Counted from the stretch's first letter, positions 23,651-36,435 are shown. The stretch is DNA of 64,000 nt from Octopus vulgaris (GCA_951406725.2 OX597826.1:67890001-67954000); one strand, 5' to 3'. A program made the numbers and translations. Notes: generated by a model not told the origin, from the letters alone.

Positions 23651-24493
23651 TACCTTATATGTGTATAAACTCCAGTATTTGTTCTACTATCCACTTATTC
23701 CCTGGTTATGTTTTCGCTTTATATTCTAAAGCATTCTAACATTCTTTTATTCTATGTTATATATTTAACGCCTACGTTCTATTGTAATATTTTTACTCTA
23801 TATTTCGTTGCAGTGTTTTAACCCTGTAAATGTTGTAGAAATATTTTAACGTTATATGCTAAAGATATATTTTAACGATCAATACACTCCAGTAATTATT
23901 TTAACAGACAAATTTAGGTAGCAATATGCTAACATTGAATACTCTACATTAATATTTTAGCGCCTGTATGTTCTATAATAATATTTTAACACCCTGTTTT
24001 ATACCGTAATATTTTCATAGTTAATTTATTCAATAAATGTTTAATGTTTACCTATCGTATGCGTATTACCTGCTTTATGTTCTGTATTTAATATTTGAGC
24101 TGTATCAACATAAATTTCAAGGTTTCGTGATACATAATACGACAATAAAGAAACTCTAGTTTTATTGTATTCTGTATTTACAGAACATCAAATAGATAAT
24201 CGTTTGTATCTGAAGGCCAGAACATATTGCAATATTCCAATAACTCGATATTAAATATTTAGATATTGTGGTTGTATTGCTCCAGTCAGCCTTCAGTGAG
24301 CAAACTTATAGTACGTACGTGGTTGAGCGAAATATTAGGTACGATACTCCGATATGATATTTCAAATACACCCAAACCTTCGTTACTTGAGCGTTACGAA
24401 GTATTCTCCGAAAGTCTCTGGTTTACCGAATGAGTGGCACTTATAGTGTACGCATGTAGTCAGCCGAAATACTATCGTCTGTATATCGACACA

Positions 24494-24796
24494 GAGTGGA
24501 GGCACATGGCCTAGTGGTTAGAGCAATGGACTCGCGATCGAGAGATCGCAGGTTCGAATCTCAGACCGGACGATGTGTGTGTTTATGAGCGAAAACACCT
24601 AAGTTCCACGCGGTTCCGGTAGAAGGCAATGGCAAACTTCTGCTGACTCTTTCGCCACAACTTTCTCTCACTCTTTCCTCCTGCATCTTGCAACTCACCT
24701 GCGACGAACCGGCGTCGTCCAGGTGGGGAACCTATATGCCAAGGCAACCGGGAAACCGGCCCTTATGAGCCAGGCATTGCTCGAGAAGGAACAAAC
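24494..24796 (+). mobile_element. Family-C SINE, full length, V-domain-like tail
   Basis: A-box TGGCCTAGTGG and B-box GGTTCGAATCT. TSD ATATC(G/A)ACACA at 24483-24493 and 24797-24807. Confidence 0.9.
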
Positions 24797-24936
24797 ATAT
24801 CAACACATGTTTGTCTTCGTAGATATAGGTGATCCTTGGTATAGTTGAGTTCCACAACCATAAACTCTGAAAGTCAATGGTTTCTCATATAAGGCGCACT
24901 GAACTACGGTGATGTGAAGGGCATTATTTACTTTCC

Positions 24937-25101
24937 ATTATTTCGTCTGCCGCTACCTTGTGTGTTCAAATTTCGCCGAAGTCGACTTTATCTTTCATCC
25001 TTTCGGGGTCGATGAAATAAGTACCACTTACGCACTGGGGTCGATGTAATCGACTAACCCGCACCCCATAAATTTTAGGCCTTGTGCCTATAATAGAAAC
25101 G
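24937..25101 (+). mobile_element. Headless family-A unit with its own TSD
   Basis: Starts at TATTTCGTCTGCC. TSD ATTATTTA(C/T)TTTCC at 24923-24936 and 25102-25115. Confidence 0.82.
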
Positions 25102-25549
25102 ATTATTTATTTTCCTTCCTGTCCAGTCTACTTCAGCATATTTTTGTTATTTTTATGTTGCATGTCGTATAATATTTGTTTCATCAAAGATCGGTTTTGC
25201 TGAAGAAGTTTCAAAAACATTTTTCTGCTATTTCTGCCTTTGATTCAATCAAAATGTATTTAACAGTTTATTACTGAATACATCAATAATGTTCTATTAA
25301 TCTTCGAGGAAGATTTAATGGCTATTTCTAACAGTCCAGGCACCCAATTACAAATATAGGCACACACGACGATGTCACAAATGGGAAGGCATCGTCAGTG
25401 TGCAGCCTGAACTTGGTTCGAGAGAGACAACTGTGGCTCATTGCTGGTGTACACTCTAATAAAATAGTTTTATTGAAAGAGCCTTTAAATTAGTGACGTG
25501 TGTCTGTGGGAATGTATATGAGAAAGTGTGTACTATGTGTTGTATCTGC

Positions 25550-25551
<2 letters not shown>

Positions 25552-25587
<36 letters not shown>

Positions 25588-25648
25588 GAGAGAGACAGAG
25601 AGAGAGAGAAATAGAGAGAAGAGAGAGAGAGAGAGAAAGAGAGAGAGA
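25552..25648. repeat. (GA)n microsatellite
   Basis: Direct reading. Confidence 0.95.
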
Positions 25649-26275
25649 CTATGTGCATGGGGGTGTTTGTTGTACTTGGGTGGTTTTTGTTATAGAGGCA
25701 CAGTAAGACCATTGTGTTTTCTTAGTTCCCAGATGTTATATTATTTTGTTATTGCCGTGGTTGTTATTTAGTCACTGGCGTGCTGTGGCTATCTCGACTA
25801 TACGCGTTACGAGGGAGACTTAACTGCTAGTTCTTGGAAATCGAGAGACCACGTAGAAGCACCGTCGTTGGTTTTGTTGGTATTGAATTATTTTCGCGTG
25901 TCATCGTCTCTTAGAGTTTGGAATTAATTCTCCATCTTCTGGCGTGTGTGTGCAAAGGAAGTTAATAATATAAAGGGAGATGTAATTCGCTGTAAGGGGT
26001 TTATTAGGATTTGATATGATATGAAGAGATTAGAGGCCAGTGCAAGACTGACATCTAATTTGAGTGTTCTAATGTGATATAAGATGGGTGCAGATAAAGC
26101 AACAAAGTGATGTCGAATTTAATAATACTACCCGGCATTTTGGACAGGTGTCTGCTACCATATTTCGAACTCAGACAAAGTCCAACAACAACTGTACAGG
26201 GCAGTATTGTATGCACATACTCACACACACCGCAACAGTAGCAACAGTAGCAACTCATGTAGGTATATGTATATA

Positions 26276-26345
<70 letters not shown>

Positions 26346-26426
26346 GAGGGAATATTATTCCAAACTTACAGCAAAAAATTCAATTTAGAAATCTAATTCA
26401 AATTTCACAAAACATTATATATATAT

Positions 26427-26925
26427 CCAACGAAGCTACACGAAGAAGATAGCCTCTGTGCAGCATATAAGCTACTGGGAAAGACTTAAGAGATTAAGAC
26501 TCTATTCCTTAGAGTCGTAGGCGAGAAAGATATGACATAATATACATCTCGAAGATCCTGGAAGGACTTGTCCCAAACTTTGGCATCGAGAGTTACACAA
26601 ATACTAGAACTGGGCGCCAGTGCATGGTGCCAGTGGCTCCAAATTTGCCATCAGAGGTCCACAGCTCTTCAATATCCTCCTGAAGGACCTGAGAGACCTG
26701 CATGGGGTGGATGCAGATGTCTTTGAAATAAAACTGGATCTCTTCCTGTCAGGTGTCCCAGATGAACCAACTTCACGGCAGGAGGTGCAGATGAGGGCAG
26801 CTGCATCGAACTCTCTCATGCACCAAATGCCAATTGCTAAAAAGCATTCGTGAAGGAAAATCATGTAGCAACACCGAATGGCGGTGCCCCTGCATGGCCA
26901 CAGCTCATAAGCTGAAACTAGATAA

Positions 26926-26930
<5 letters not shown>
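26427..26930 (+). mobile_element. 5'-truncated CR1-group LINE 3' end (ORF2 C-terminus plus 3' UTR)
   Basis: QRSYTKKIASVQHISYWERLKRLRLYSLE/RRERYDIIYISKILEGLVPN...FAIRGPQLFNILLKDLRDL..VDADVFEIKLDLFLSGVPDEP...AASNSL is typical of CR1-group ORF2 ends. Frameshifted; flanked by TA tracts. Confidence 0.85.
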
Positions 26931-26956
<26 letters not shown>

Positions 26957-26963
<7 letters not shown>

Positions 26964-27330
26964 ATTTAGGAATTGTCATTTTGCCAGTTTAGCCAATAAA
27001 AACACACGCACTATATATTTGGTGTTACTTTGCTTCAGTGTTATTTATTTTTTTACATTAATCTTAATCTTATTTCGGCCAGAGTTCTTTCGTCACACTC
27101 CTGTGACCTCATCAGTGGTCCTTTGCTTTCTTCTTTCTTATTTGTGTGTCTCTCCTTACTAACGGTGAGCCATTTTGTATTTTGTATTTCTATTTATGTG
27201 CTTTCATTTGCGCATGCGTATATTTCTATGTGCGTCTATGTTTAATTAGTGGGGTGGGGGTGCCTGCAATATTTGTATCTCCTGTTTATTAACCTTCGTG
27301 TCAAAATAACTGAAACGTATAAAAGAAAAT
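26957..27330 (-). mobile_element. TA-flanked element carrying a hammerhead motif (family H3)
   Basis: Abuts (TA)n. On the minus strand the HHR is followed by AATAAA-containing AT-rich sequence. Confidence 0.55.
27077..27120 (-). ncRNA. Minimal type-I hammerhead ribozyme candidate with intact core
   Basis: Minus strand: GACCA-CTGATGA-G-GTCACA-ggag-TGTGAC-GAAA-GAAC-TC^-TGGCC. Stem I GACCA/TGGCC pairs 4 of 5; perfect 6-bp stem II; CUC cleavage triplet; very short stem III. Confidence 0.75.
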
Positions 27331-27339
27331 ATATATTCA

Positions 27340-27460
27340 TTTATTCTTTTGCTTGTTTCAGTCATTTGGCTGCGGCCATACTGGAGCGCCGCCTTTAATC
27401 GAACAAATCTACCCCAGGACTTATTCTTTGAAAGCCTAGTACTTATTCTATGGGGCTTTT
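27340..27460 (-). mobile_element. Family-B SINE 3' fragment
   Basis: TTGTTTCAGTCATTTGGCTGCGGCCATACTGGAGC...CTAGTACTTATTCTAT. Confidence 0.82.
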
Positions 27461-27798
27461 GATATGTATATATATATATGTTAAGCAGAACATTTATGCT
27501 GACAAATGAGAACTTAAATAATTTGGATAGATGAATTGTTTATCTCCCATAGAACCAATGGTTCGCTGCAATGAAAGTACTATAATGAGAATGACACGAC
27601 AAGAAAATAATTACGGGTTCGATTTAATAAAATTACGGACGTAGTTTAATGACAATTGCAATTAAAAGATAAAAGAGAACACACACACATACACTTGCAG
27701 TTATATAATATATTCATACATACAAGCATCATTTATAGATATAAACACCCACTCATATAAGCGTTCATGTTATAAGCATGTATAAGCATATATATATA

Positions 27799-27861
<63 letters not shown>

Positions 27862-28574
27862 ATATATATAATGTATATAAATATACATATGTTATATATA
27901 CATGCAAAGTGGTGCCCCAACATAGCCGTAGTCTAATGGCTTAAACAAGAAAAAGATATACATATACACACATGCACACTTGCGGACACACGCATATATA
28001 CATATATATATATATATATATACATACAGACATGTAATATATATATATATACATATATACATATATACGTGAGTGTGCGTGTATATGTTTATGCATGTGC
28101 ATATACTGCCAATGTGAACAAGCACAGTTTTATGGAATCTAAAATGCAACTCTTAGTATTCAAACGAATTGCCCTGATGATATTTGTTCGGCAACGAGTC
28201 TTACAAGTACACACATTCCATAAACGCAGCCACAACCAGCCCTGCCTCTCAGTAAGGAAATTCAGTGAGTTAAATATTTGTCTCTACTGTAATAAACATG
28301 TAACCTTTAGTCACGGAAATATCGTGTACCCCAACTGCGACACAAAATAAACGGGGCACATAAAGATCTCGTCGTGCACCGAATGTTATTGTCTGAGTTG
28401 TGTCGATGAAATATTTTACCGCTGTGTGGTGAGTCTATGTCTGTTTGTATATGGAAGTTTTCTTTTTAATATATTGAAATATATTAATATTTGCTTTCCT
28501 GTAATTTGTCGATGTCTAGACCTTCCCCTTGGCACCGGTATATACACGAAGACAAAATTTACATTACAACGTGT

Positions 28575-28955
<381 letters not shown>

Positions 28956-29422
28956 AATGCTGTTGAAGAGTTGATGATGATAGTGGTATTAGCTGGGTCA
29001 GTGAATTGTGCTCCTTGTAGCAACATCAACGGAAGCAGCAGCAATAATGGTGGTAGTGGATATTGTGTGATAAGTAACGGTGGTAGTAGTTACATCACAT
29101 GTCTATGCACCTTGCAGCCGCGGCAGCAGTGGCAGCAGCAGCAGTGGCAGCAGCAGTAGCAGCAGTAGCAACGGAAGCAGCACTAGTACTGTATTAGTAG
29201 TATGCATTTACGAATCTGACGCCGTCTCTTTCATAACTGTTTATAAATCTTCCTCTGACCACAATCACTACATTTTGAGCAATCACTACATTTTTTTCTT
29301 TCACAATATCTCTTCTTATTGTTTCCCTCGCTGTTATGCAACCGGCAAAAACCGAAAATCTTTCCTTTCTCTTCAAGGCTTCTACATCCCCATATACACA
29401 AATAAACACACAATACACAGCC

Positions 29423-29835
29423 ACAACGATAAAGTTTTAGTACACTAGGCAACGATACAGTTTTAGTACAGTTGTAGCACATTAGGCAACGATACAGTTT
29501 TAGCACACTAGACAACAATACAGTTTTAGTACATTGGGCAACAATGCAGTTTTAGCACATTAGGCAACAATACAGTTTTAGCACACTAGAAAACAATACA
29601 GTTTTAGTACATTAGGCAACGATGCAGTTTTAGCACACTAGGCAACGATACAGTTTTAGCACAGTTGTAGCACATTAGACATCGATACAGTTTTAGCACA
29701 CTAGACAACAGTACAGTTTTAGTACGTTAGGCAACAATACAGTTTTAGCACATTAGGCAACGACATAGTTTTAGTATTGTTTTAGCACACAAGGCAAAGA
29801 TACAGTTTTAGCACGCTAGGCAACGACACAGTTAC
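29423..29835 (+). repeat. 26-bp minisatellite, about 15 units
   Basis: Consensus GGCAACRATACAGTTTTAGYACAYTA. Three units carry an extra 11-bp GTTKTAGCACA sub-repeat. Confidence 0.92.
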
Positions 29836-30114
29836 AGATTTTTTGTTCTCTTGAGTATACGTATCTATTTCATTCTTGATATAACAACACATTAGGTGAA
29901 GATGGTTGTATATTTATGACTGGATGTAGCAAATACATTGATGTTTGTGAGGTGGCAGTTTTTTTGTTGTTGCTAGTAGAAATCAGTTTATTTACATTTT
30001 AATTTTAAGAACTCCTTATTTTATACTCACGGACATATATGCATAGAAGATATACAGTTAAGTACGCCTTTCAAAGACACATGCTCAGACGAACGCACGT
30101 ATAATGTTTTACGC

Positions 30115-30325
30115 TGTTATTCTCTTATTTGTTTCCGTCATCTGTCTGCGGCCAGGCTGGATCATCTCCGTAAGGGGGTTTTAGTCGAAGAAATCGACCA
30201 CATGACTTATTCTTTGTAAGCTTAGCACTAATTCGGTTGCTTCTGCCGAACCACTAGTTTACGGTGACATAAACACAACAACAATGATTCTCAAGCGATA
30301 GTGGAGTGACAAACACGGACATACA
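30115..30325 (-). mobile_element. Family-B SINE 3' half (diverged)
   Basis: GACTTATTCTTTGTAAGC, TGCCGAACC, TCAAGCGAT..GACAAACAC. Confidence 0.78.
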
Positions 30326-30330
30326 CACAT

Positions 30331-30377
<47 letters not shown>

Positions 30378-30744
30378 TGCATACATACATACATATATAT
30401 ATACAACTTATAAACAAGGGCAAAAGGAAAATTATTTCCATCCCAATATGCTGATAACAGACTTTAAATCGTAATTTCCACACAACATTATACACTCACT
30501 ATAAATACAAGTCGTGCTGAAATATATATATATATACATACGCATACGTACACATATGCACATGCTTGAATACGCATACACGCAGAAACACATGAACACA
30601 CACACACATGCAGAAAATGTACATTCAAAGATGTTATAAGAATCCCATAATTACAAACATACGTTGCATATTTACAAATTTAAATACATATGCAGACACA
30701 CAATCATACATACACATACATGCAAGTATAGAAATCGCATATAC

Positions 30745-30789
<45 letters not shown>

Positions 30790-30954
30790 ATTGTATATTG
30801 AGACGTAAAAATTGAGTCAGATATATACAGGCAATTGCTCAAAAAACTGTTATACTCACTCATATAACAGCACAGTTTGAACACAAACAGAAATTATAGA
30901 TAAATACCCAGGTATTAACACCCAAGCCCCGCTCTTCCCCACCCCACACACGTT

Positions 30955-31132
30955 ATCACCATTACCACTACTACCACAACTACCACCACTACTACTATTA
31001 TTGTCACTACCATCACCGTTACTATAATCACCGCCATGTGCATTGCAACTACCGCCATTCTATTACTGCCTCTGTCGGCTCCGCTACCTCAGTGGTTCCT
31101 ACTTCTTTTCCTCCTCCTCCACCACCACCTAT

Positions 31133-31208
<76 letters not shown>

Positions 31209-31596
31209 TCTACTACTACTGCTACTACTACGACTACCACCGCCACCACAACCATCACCACCTCCACCACCACTACTACTACTACTACTCCATCTCCTCC
31301 GCCTCCTCCTCCTCGTCCTGGCCATCGTTACCAGCTTCAGCAGCACATCATCACCATCACCATCACCGCCGTCACCGTCTTCGTCGCCAACAACATCGTC
31401 ACAACCTCCACGACCGCATTCGTCATGGTCATCATGGCCGTCTTCGTTGTAGTCATGACGACGACGATGACCACCACCTCCGCCATAAACTACACTGCAT
31501 CAACAACATCATCAACATAAACGTCTTCAACACAATTGTTACCACCAGCCCGACCACAACCTTCATCATCATCATCATCATCAACATCATCATATT

Positions 31597-31664
<68 letters not shown>

Positions 31665-31805
31665 TGTCGTCGTAGTTGTCGACATCATCATCACCACCAC
31701 TACCACCGCACCATGCACATCATCATCCATGGAAAAGAGAACGACAGACATCCCCCCCACTTCCTCCTCCTCCTCCTCCTCATCATCATCATCATCATCA
31801 TCATT
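30955..31805. repeat. Compound (ACT/ACC/GCT/ATC)n trinucleotide region
   Basis: Direct reading; source of the poly-T/H/S ORFs. Confidence 0.95.
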
Positions 31806-32015
31806 AGCATTAATGTATGTAATCTTTTCTGGTAGTGTGGGTTGGCTGGGTATGCACTCTTACGTATCACATCTCGTCTTCATTCTGTGTTTTCTCATCC
31901 GTGCGTCCTACTTTCTTGAGATAATTCCTTCACATATTCTTAATTCATCTTTTTTCCCCTTTCTTTCGCTTTCCCTAATCTTACTGCGAAGTTTTTAAGC
32001 CTTTCCTACATTCCG

Positions 32016-32089
<74 letters not shown>

Positions 32090-32284
32090 CATCTATTTAT
32101 CTATATATCTATCTATCTACCAATCTAGCTGCATGTCTGTCTACTCGTGCTTTCGTATGTATGTATGCTTGTGTATATATATATATATATATAGATATTC
32201 ATACACACATACACACAGACACACGTATATATATATATTTATATATATATATATATGTAGGTTGTATATAGGTAGACATACGCA

Positions 32285-32325
<41 letters not shown>

Positions 32326-32490
32326 GTATACACACACATACATTACATACTTACATACATGTGTTTGTGCATAATGTAACTGTCAGGACTCTATATTCTC
32401 TGTATAATGGTATCTCCTCATTCAAACACACACATACCTACACACATTCATACATACACACGCAAAGACAAATGCAGACGCGCACACACG

Positions 32491-32554
<64 letters not shown>

Positions 32555-32580
32555 AATGCATAGATACATATATATGCATA
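32016..32580. repeat. (CTAT)n, (TA)n and (CA)n tracts
   Basis: Direct reading. Confidence 0.92.
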
Positions 32581-33329
32581 TAAGTCCGTAAAATTTATTC
32601 GCTCGTGTTCTGATATTTTGGGGGGTTTTGTGGTGTTTTTTTTTATATTTTCCTTCTATATTTCCCCCAGTTTTTTCATAGCTTGATGATTGAAGTATTT
32701 CCGCTCGATTTCCATCAGTTTTATTCTCTGCCCCAATCAGCTTTTTATCCGACTCCATTCGGCTTTAGTCGCCTTTACTCGTGCAAATATCAACGTAGAA
32801 AGCCAACCGAACACTGGACGCTATGGCCTGTGAGATAAGATCTAACAGCTCAGTGATTTTCCAGTCTCCACGCACGAAAGATGTAAGTGAACTAAAGGGA
32901 GATAACTGCGAAAGCTAAACGAGCGTCAGGTCTTTATAGAAAATTTTAAATCATCTCTTGAAGTTAAGCATTTACTGAAGCGAATCTTCGAAATTGAATG
33001 CTGTATCTGTAAGGTAATGCATGTAAGTCAATATATGTGTAGGCCTGTGTCCAATAGCGACTATGTATGTGTGTGTTTATACGTAGTTGTGTCAGTATGT
33101 ACGAGATTGTGCGTTTTTGTGTCTGTGTATATGTGTGTATGTTTTACTATACGTTTGTGTGAATGAGTGATGTGCGCATGTATGTGTATAAGTGAAGAAA
33201 TACAGGTTGATGTCAAATACTTTCGTTGAATCAGAAGTACTTCGATTTAATTTTAAAAACAAATTTTCGATGATCTGTGATTGTGTGACGGTTATAATTT
33301 ACACTCGTGATTCGTTGAATAACAATCCC

Positions 33330-33472
33330 ATGTATGTATGTATGTATGTATGTGTGTATGTGTGTGTGTATGTATGTATGTACGTACGTATGTATGTATG
33401 TATGTGGGTATGTATCTATGTATGTATGCGCGTACGTATGTATATATGTATGTATGTATGTACGTGCGTATG

Positions 33473-33506
<34 letters not shown>

Positions 33507-33601
33507 TGTATGTATGTATGTACGTATGTACGTGCGTATGTATGTATGTATGTATGTACGTGCATATGTATGTATGTATTTAATTATGTATATATGTATG
33601 C

Positions 33602-33642
<41 letters not shown>

Positions 33643-33770
33643 TGTATGTATGTATGGATTTACGCATGTATTTCTGTATGTGTGCATGTACGTCCGTACG
33701 TGTGTGTGTATGCATGTATGTATTCATATACGAATGTATATATGTATGTATGGATGTATGTATCTATCTA
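33330..33770. repeat. (TATG)n compound microsatellite
   Basis: Direct reading. Confidence 0.95.
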
Positions 33771-33791
33771 ACTATTCATCTATGTACCTAC

Positions 33792-34072
33792 ATGGCACTG
33801 CAATTCCGTTACGACGACGTGGGTTCCAGTTGATCCGATCACCGGAACAGCCTGCTCGTGAAATTTATGTGCAAGTGGCTGAGCACTCCACAGACACGTG
33901 TACCCTTAACGTAGTTCTCTATGAGATTCAGCGTGACTCAAAGTGGCCCCTTTTAAATACAGGTACAACTCCTTTTTGCCAGCTGAGCAACGGGAAAAAA
34001 AAGTGTCATTCTCATGGACAATGTGCATCACCGGGGATCGAACACCCAGACCACCTAGACACGCGCCTTCAC
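33792..34072 (-). mobile_element. tRNA/CORE-like SINE, family D
   Basis: Reverse-complement head GTGAAGGCGCGTG...GTTCGATCCCCGG. Body and tail match 34965-35120. Confidence 0.78.
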
Positions 34073-34294
34073 TGTGCCTACATATGTATTCGCAAACAGA
34101 CACACACACACACGCACACACATGCACGCACGCACACACGCATATGCCCCCGACACACTCATAAAAACAAATGAATGCTAGTTTAAATTGGTTGCATTTC
34201 TTTCGATAGAAATTGATTAACGTACTTGTAAAAGATTACGTCATATTATGTATAAACTACCAACCTAATCAGGTGTCATTTAATTTATACATAT

Positions 34295-34680
34295 AGGCAC
34301 AGGACTGGCTGTGTGGTAAGTAGCTTGCTTACCAACCACAGGGTTCCGGGTTCAGTCCCACTGCGTGGCACCTTGCTCAAGTGTCTTCTGCTGTAGCCTC
34401 GGGATGACCAAAGCCTTGTGAGTGGATTTGGTAGACGGAAACTGAAAGAAGCCCGTCGTATATATGTATATTTATGTGTGTGTGTGTTTGTGTGTCTGTG
34501 TTTGTCCCCTCCCCCCAACATCGCTTGACAACTGATGCTGGTGTGTTTACGTTACCGTAACCTAGCGGTTCGGCAAAAGAAACCTATAGAGTTAGTACTA
34601 GGCTTACAAAGAATAAGTCCTAGGCGGTATTTCAGCATGGCTGCAGTCAAATAACTAAAACAAGTAAAAGAGAAAAAGAG
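34295..34680 (+). mobile_element. Family-B SINE, near full length
   Basis: A-box TGGCTGTGTGG, B-box-like GGTTCAGTCCC, CORE-like GGCACCTTG..CAAGTGTC, internal (TA)(TG) seed, 3' AAACAAGTAAAAGAG. Confidence 0.92.
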
Positions 34681-34699
34681 TATATTGTTGTTGCTGGAA

Positions 34700-34960
34700 T
34701 CCTTTTGTCTCGAGAGTTGCGCATCTGGAGATGCAAATCGAAGTTTCCTCTCCAGTTTTGCGCAGGCCAGGGTTAGATATAAAAACTCCAGGCTTAACCC
34801 AATCGTCAGTATTCATCCCTCAACCTTGCTGACATAGTTGAAATGAGTGTAGAGCATTACTTTTGGCACCAGCTTGGTTGCAGCAGCTGCCTCAAGAGTG
34901 TCGAGTCGACTACGGCGCTCCACTCCGGATTTCTTTGTAGGTTGTCTCCTTTCCGTAACG
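34700..34960 (-). mobile_element. Probable RTE-type LINE 5' region relic
   Basis: GC-rich island (AAATCCGGAGTGGAG..., GGCCTGCGC..GGAGAGG) recalled as similar to RTE/BovB-like 5' sequence; recognition only. Confidence 0.35.
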
Positions 34961-34964
34961 CAAG

Positions 34965-35120
34965 AGATTACGGCGTCGAGGTTTCCACTTGATCTGATCA
35001 ACGGGACAGCTTGCACGTGAAATTAATTTCTAAGTAGCTGAGCATTCCCCACAGACAAATGTACCCTTAACGTAGTTCTCACGGAGATTTAGAGTGACAC
35101 AGTGTGACAAGGCCGGTACC
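34965..35120 (-). mobile_element. Family-D SINE 3' fragment
   Basis: Matches 33810-33945 (GTACCCTTAACGTAGTTCTC). Confidence 0.82.
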
Positions 35121-35179
35121 TTGACATACACCCACACACATATACACGCATACACACACACAGAAACATACACAATCAG

Positions 35180-35215
<36 letters not shown>

Positions 35216-35544
35216 ATACACATATATATATATATATGTATATGAAATGTCTGAGAGAGTGATATGAAAGCATTGACCAAGTAGTGTTCAGAGAAATCCG
35301 ATCATTAAACACGAAATACTACATCACACAGCTGTAGTCAAATAGTTGGAAAATTCAAGTAGGGGAACGATGAATAACGAGTGCATAACGAAGAGGTATA
35401 ACGGACAAACAAATAAAACTTTTATTTGCGAAATACCTGTGCGTGTAAGAAGCACATCCGGATTTTGCTTCATAACGCTTGTTACAATACATATCCAATT
35501 TCGGGGGGTTTGCGCGATTCTTTTCCCCCTTTGCCTTAATCGTT

Positions 35545-35950
35545 TAAGTAAACAATTTTCCCATTAATTTGGGAGGCTTTCCGATCGGTCTTTCCAAATT
35601 CTTGGGCACCACTTATAAATGCAGGGATCCGCTTTTCTCTATGAGAAACTTGTCACAAGTACGGCCAAGAGAACGTTGTGATTTCTATATTCTAATATAA
35701 TTCAGGTCGTTCACTTCCTGTTTCTGATAAACTCCTGCAATAATAACTCCCGTATAGATCTTTCCATGGCCCTTCGTGACGTAGGCAATCGACTTTATTC
35801 CCACTTCGTAGTAACTGATGTTTCATGGGTATATAAAAGCTGAAATAGGACTGCTATTGAAGAGCCTGGCAGTAAGGTATTGTCTAGCTTTGATTTGAGA
35901 CCATATATTGAGTTAAAAACCTTTCAGGATGTCCTTATTCTCACGAAGAG
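35545..35950 (-). pseudogene. RTE-clade LINE ORF C-terminal relic
   Basis: RIRTS*KVFNSI...VLFQLLYTHETSVTTKWE*SRLPTSRRAMERSIRELLLQEFIRN...LAVLVTSF...YKWCPRIWKDRSESLPN*WEN is colinear with RTE VLP.MLYGSETW..TK....L..TQRAMERSML.....RIRN...WAGHV.R....EW.PR..KR..GRP..RW.D. Confidence 0.8.
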
Positions 35951-36435
35951 AATAAGGATAAGAAATAAGGCATATTCTTTGTATTTAATAAATTTAATAA
36001 ATGTTCTCTTTTATCCCCTTTGAGTACTCAAGATGTTATATCCCTACTATCGTCACCTGCAAATGTTCCGGATGACAAGGCGAGCAACAAAGACATATCA
36101 TCCTCCGAAGCTCCTCCTCTCATCTCTAGAAGTGGTCGTCAGAGACATAGAATGGAGGAGTGGCGTAAGTATGAACTACAAACAACTAACATACTACCTG
36201 TCGAAATGACATCCTATTCATCGCCGAGGCTATAGATTAACTGCAGGCAGAATTCAACAGTCATAGCTTACTCGTAGCTGTAAGAATGAACCGCATAAAG
36301 TGAAAACAGAATTTATGAAATCTGAAGATGGAGACCAAGTCGAAAGAGATTTGGGAAGCGATGAAAACTTGTAGGTGACGTTGTCTGTCTTATTAGCGCA
36401 TATATTATATGTATATATATATATATATATACATA

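Larger units (their letters stand above)
22390..24100. repeat. Cryptic, highly diverged ~27-29-bp AT-rich tandem repeat interrupted by SINEs
   Basis: Recurring variants of TATATTCTATAGTAATATTTTAAC(A/G)C in 22390-22730, 23133-23240 and 23655-24100. Confidence 0.6.

Noticed and set aside
24496-24570. tRNA gene-like sequence (also 3625-3697 and 40035-40105)
   Set aside because: A and B boxes are present, but the acceptor stem does not close and the sequence continues into SINE bodies; these are SINE heads.
29423-29835. CRISPR-like look (GTTTTAG-containing repeats)
   Set aside because: Units are contiguous with no unique spacers, there are no cas genes, and the context is eukaryotic.
36020-36375. 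Candidate exon (pyrimidine tract, ORF 36020-36235, GTAAGT at 36165)
   Set aside because: Acceptor is a weak GAG/AAG and no recognisable host domain; equally compatible with a decayed LINE endonuclease relic next to the RTE fragment.
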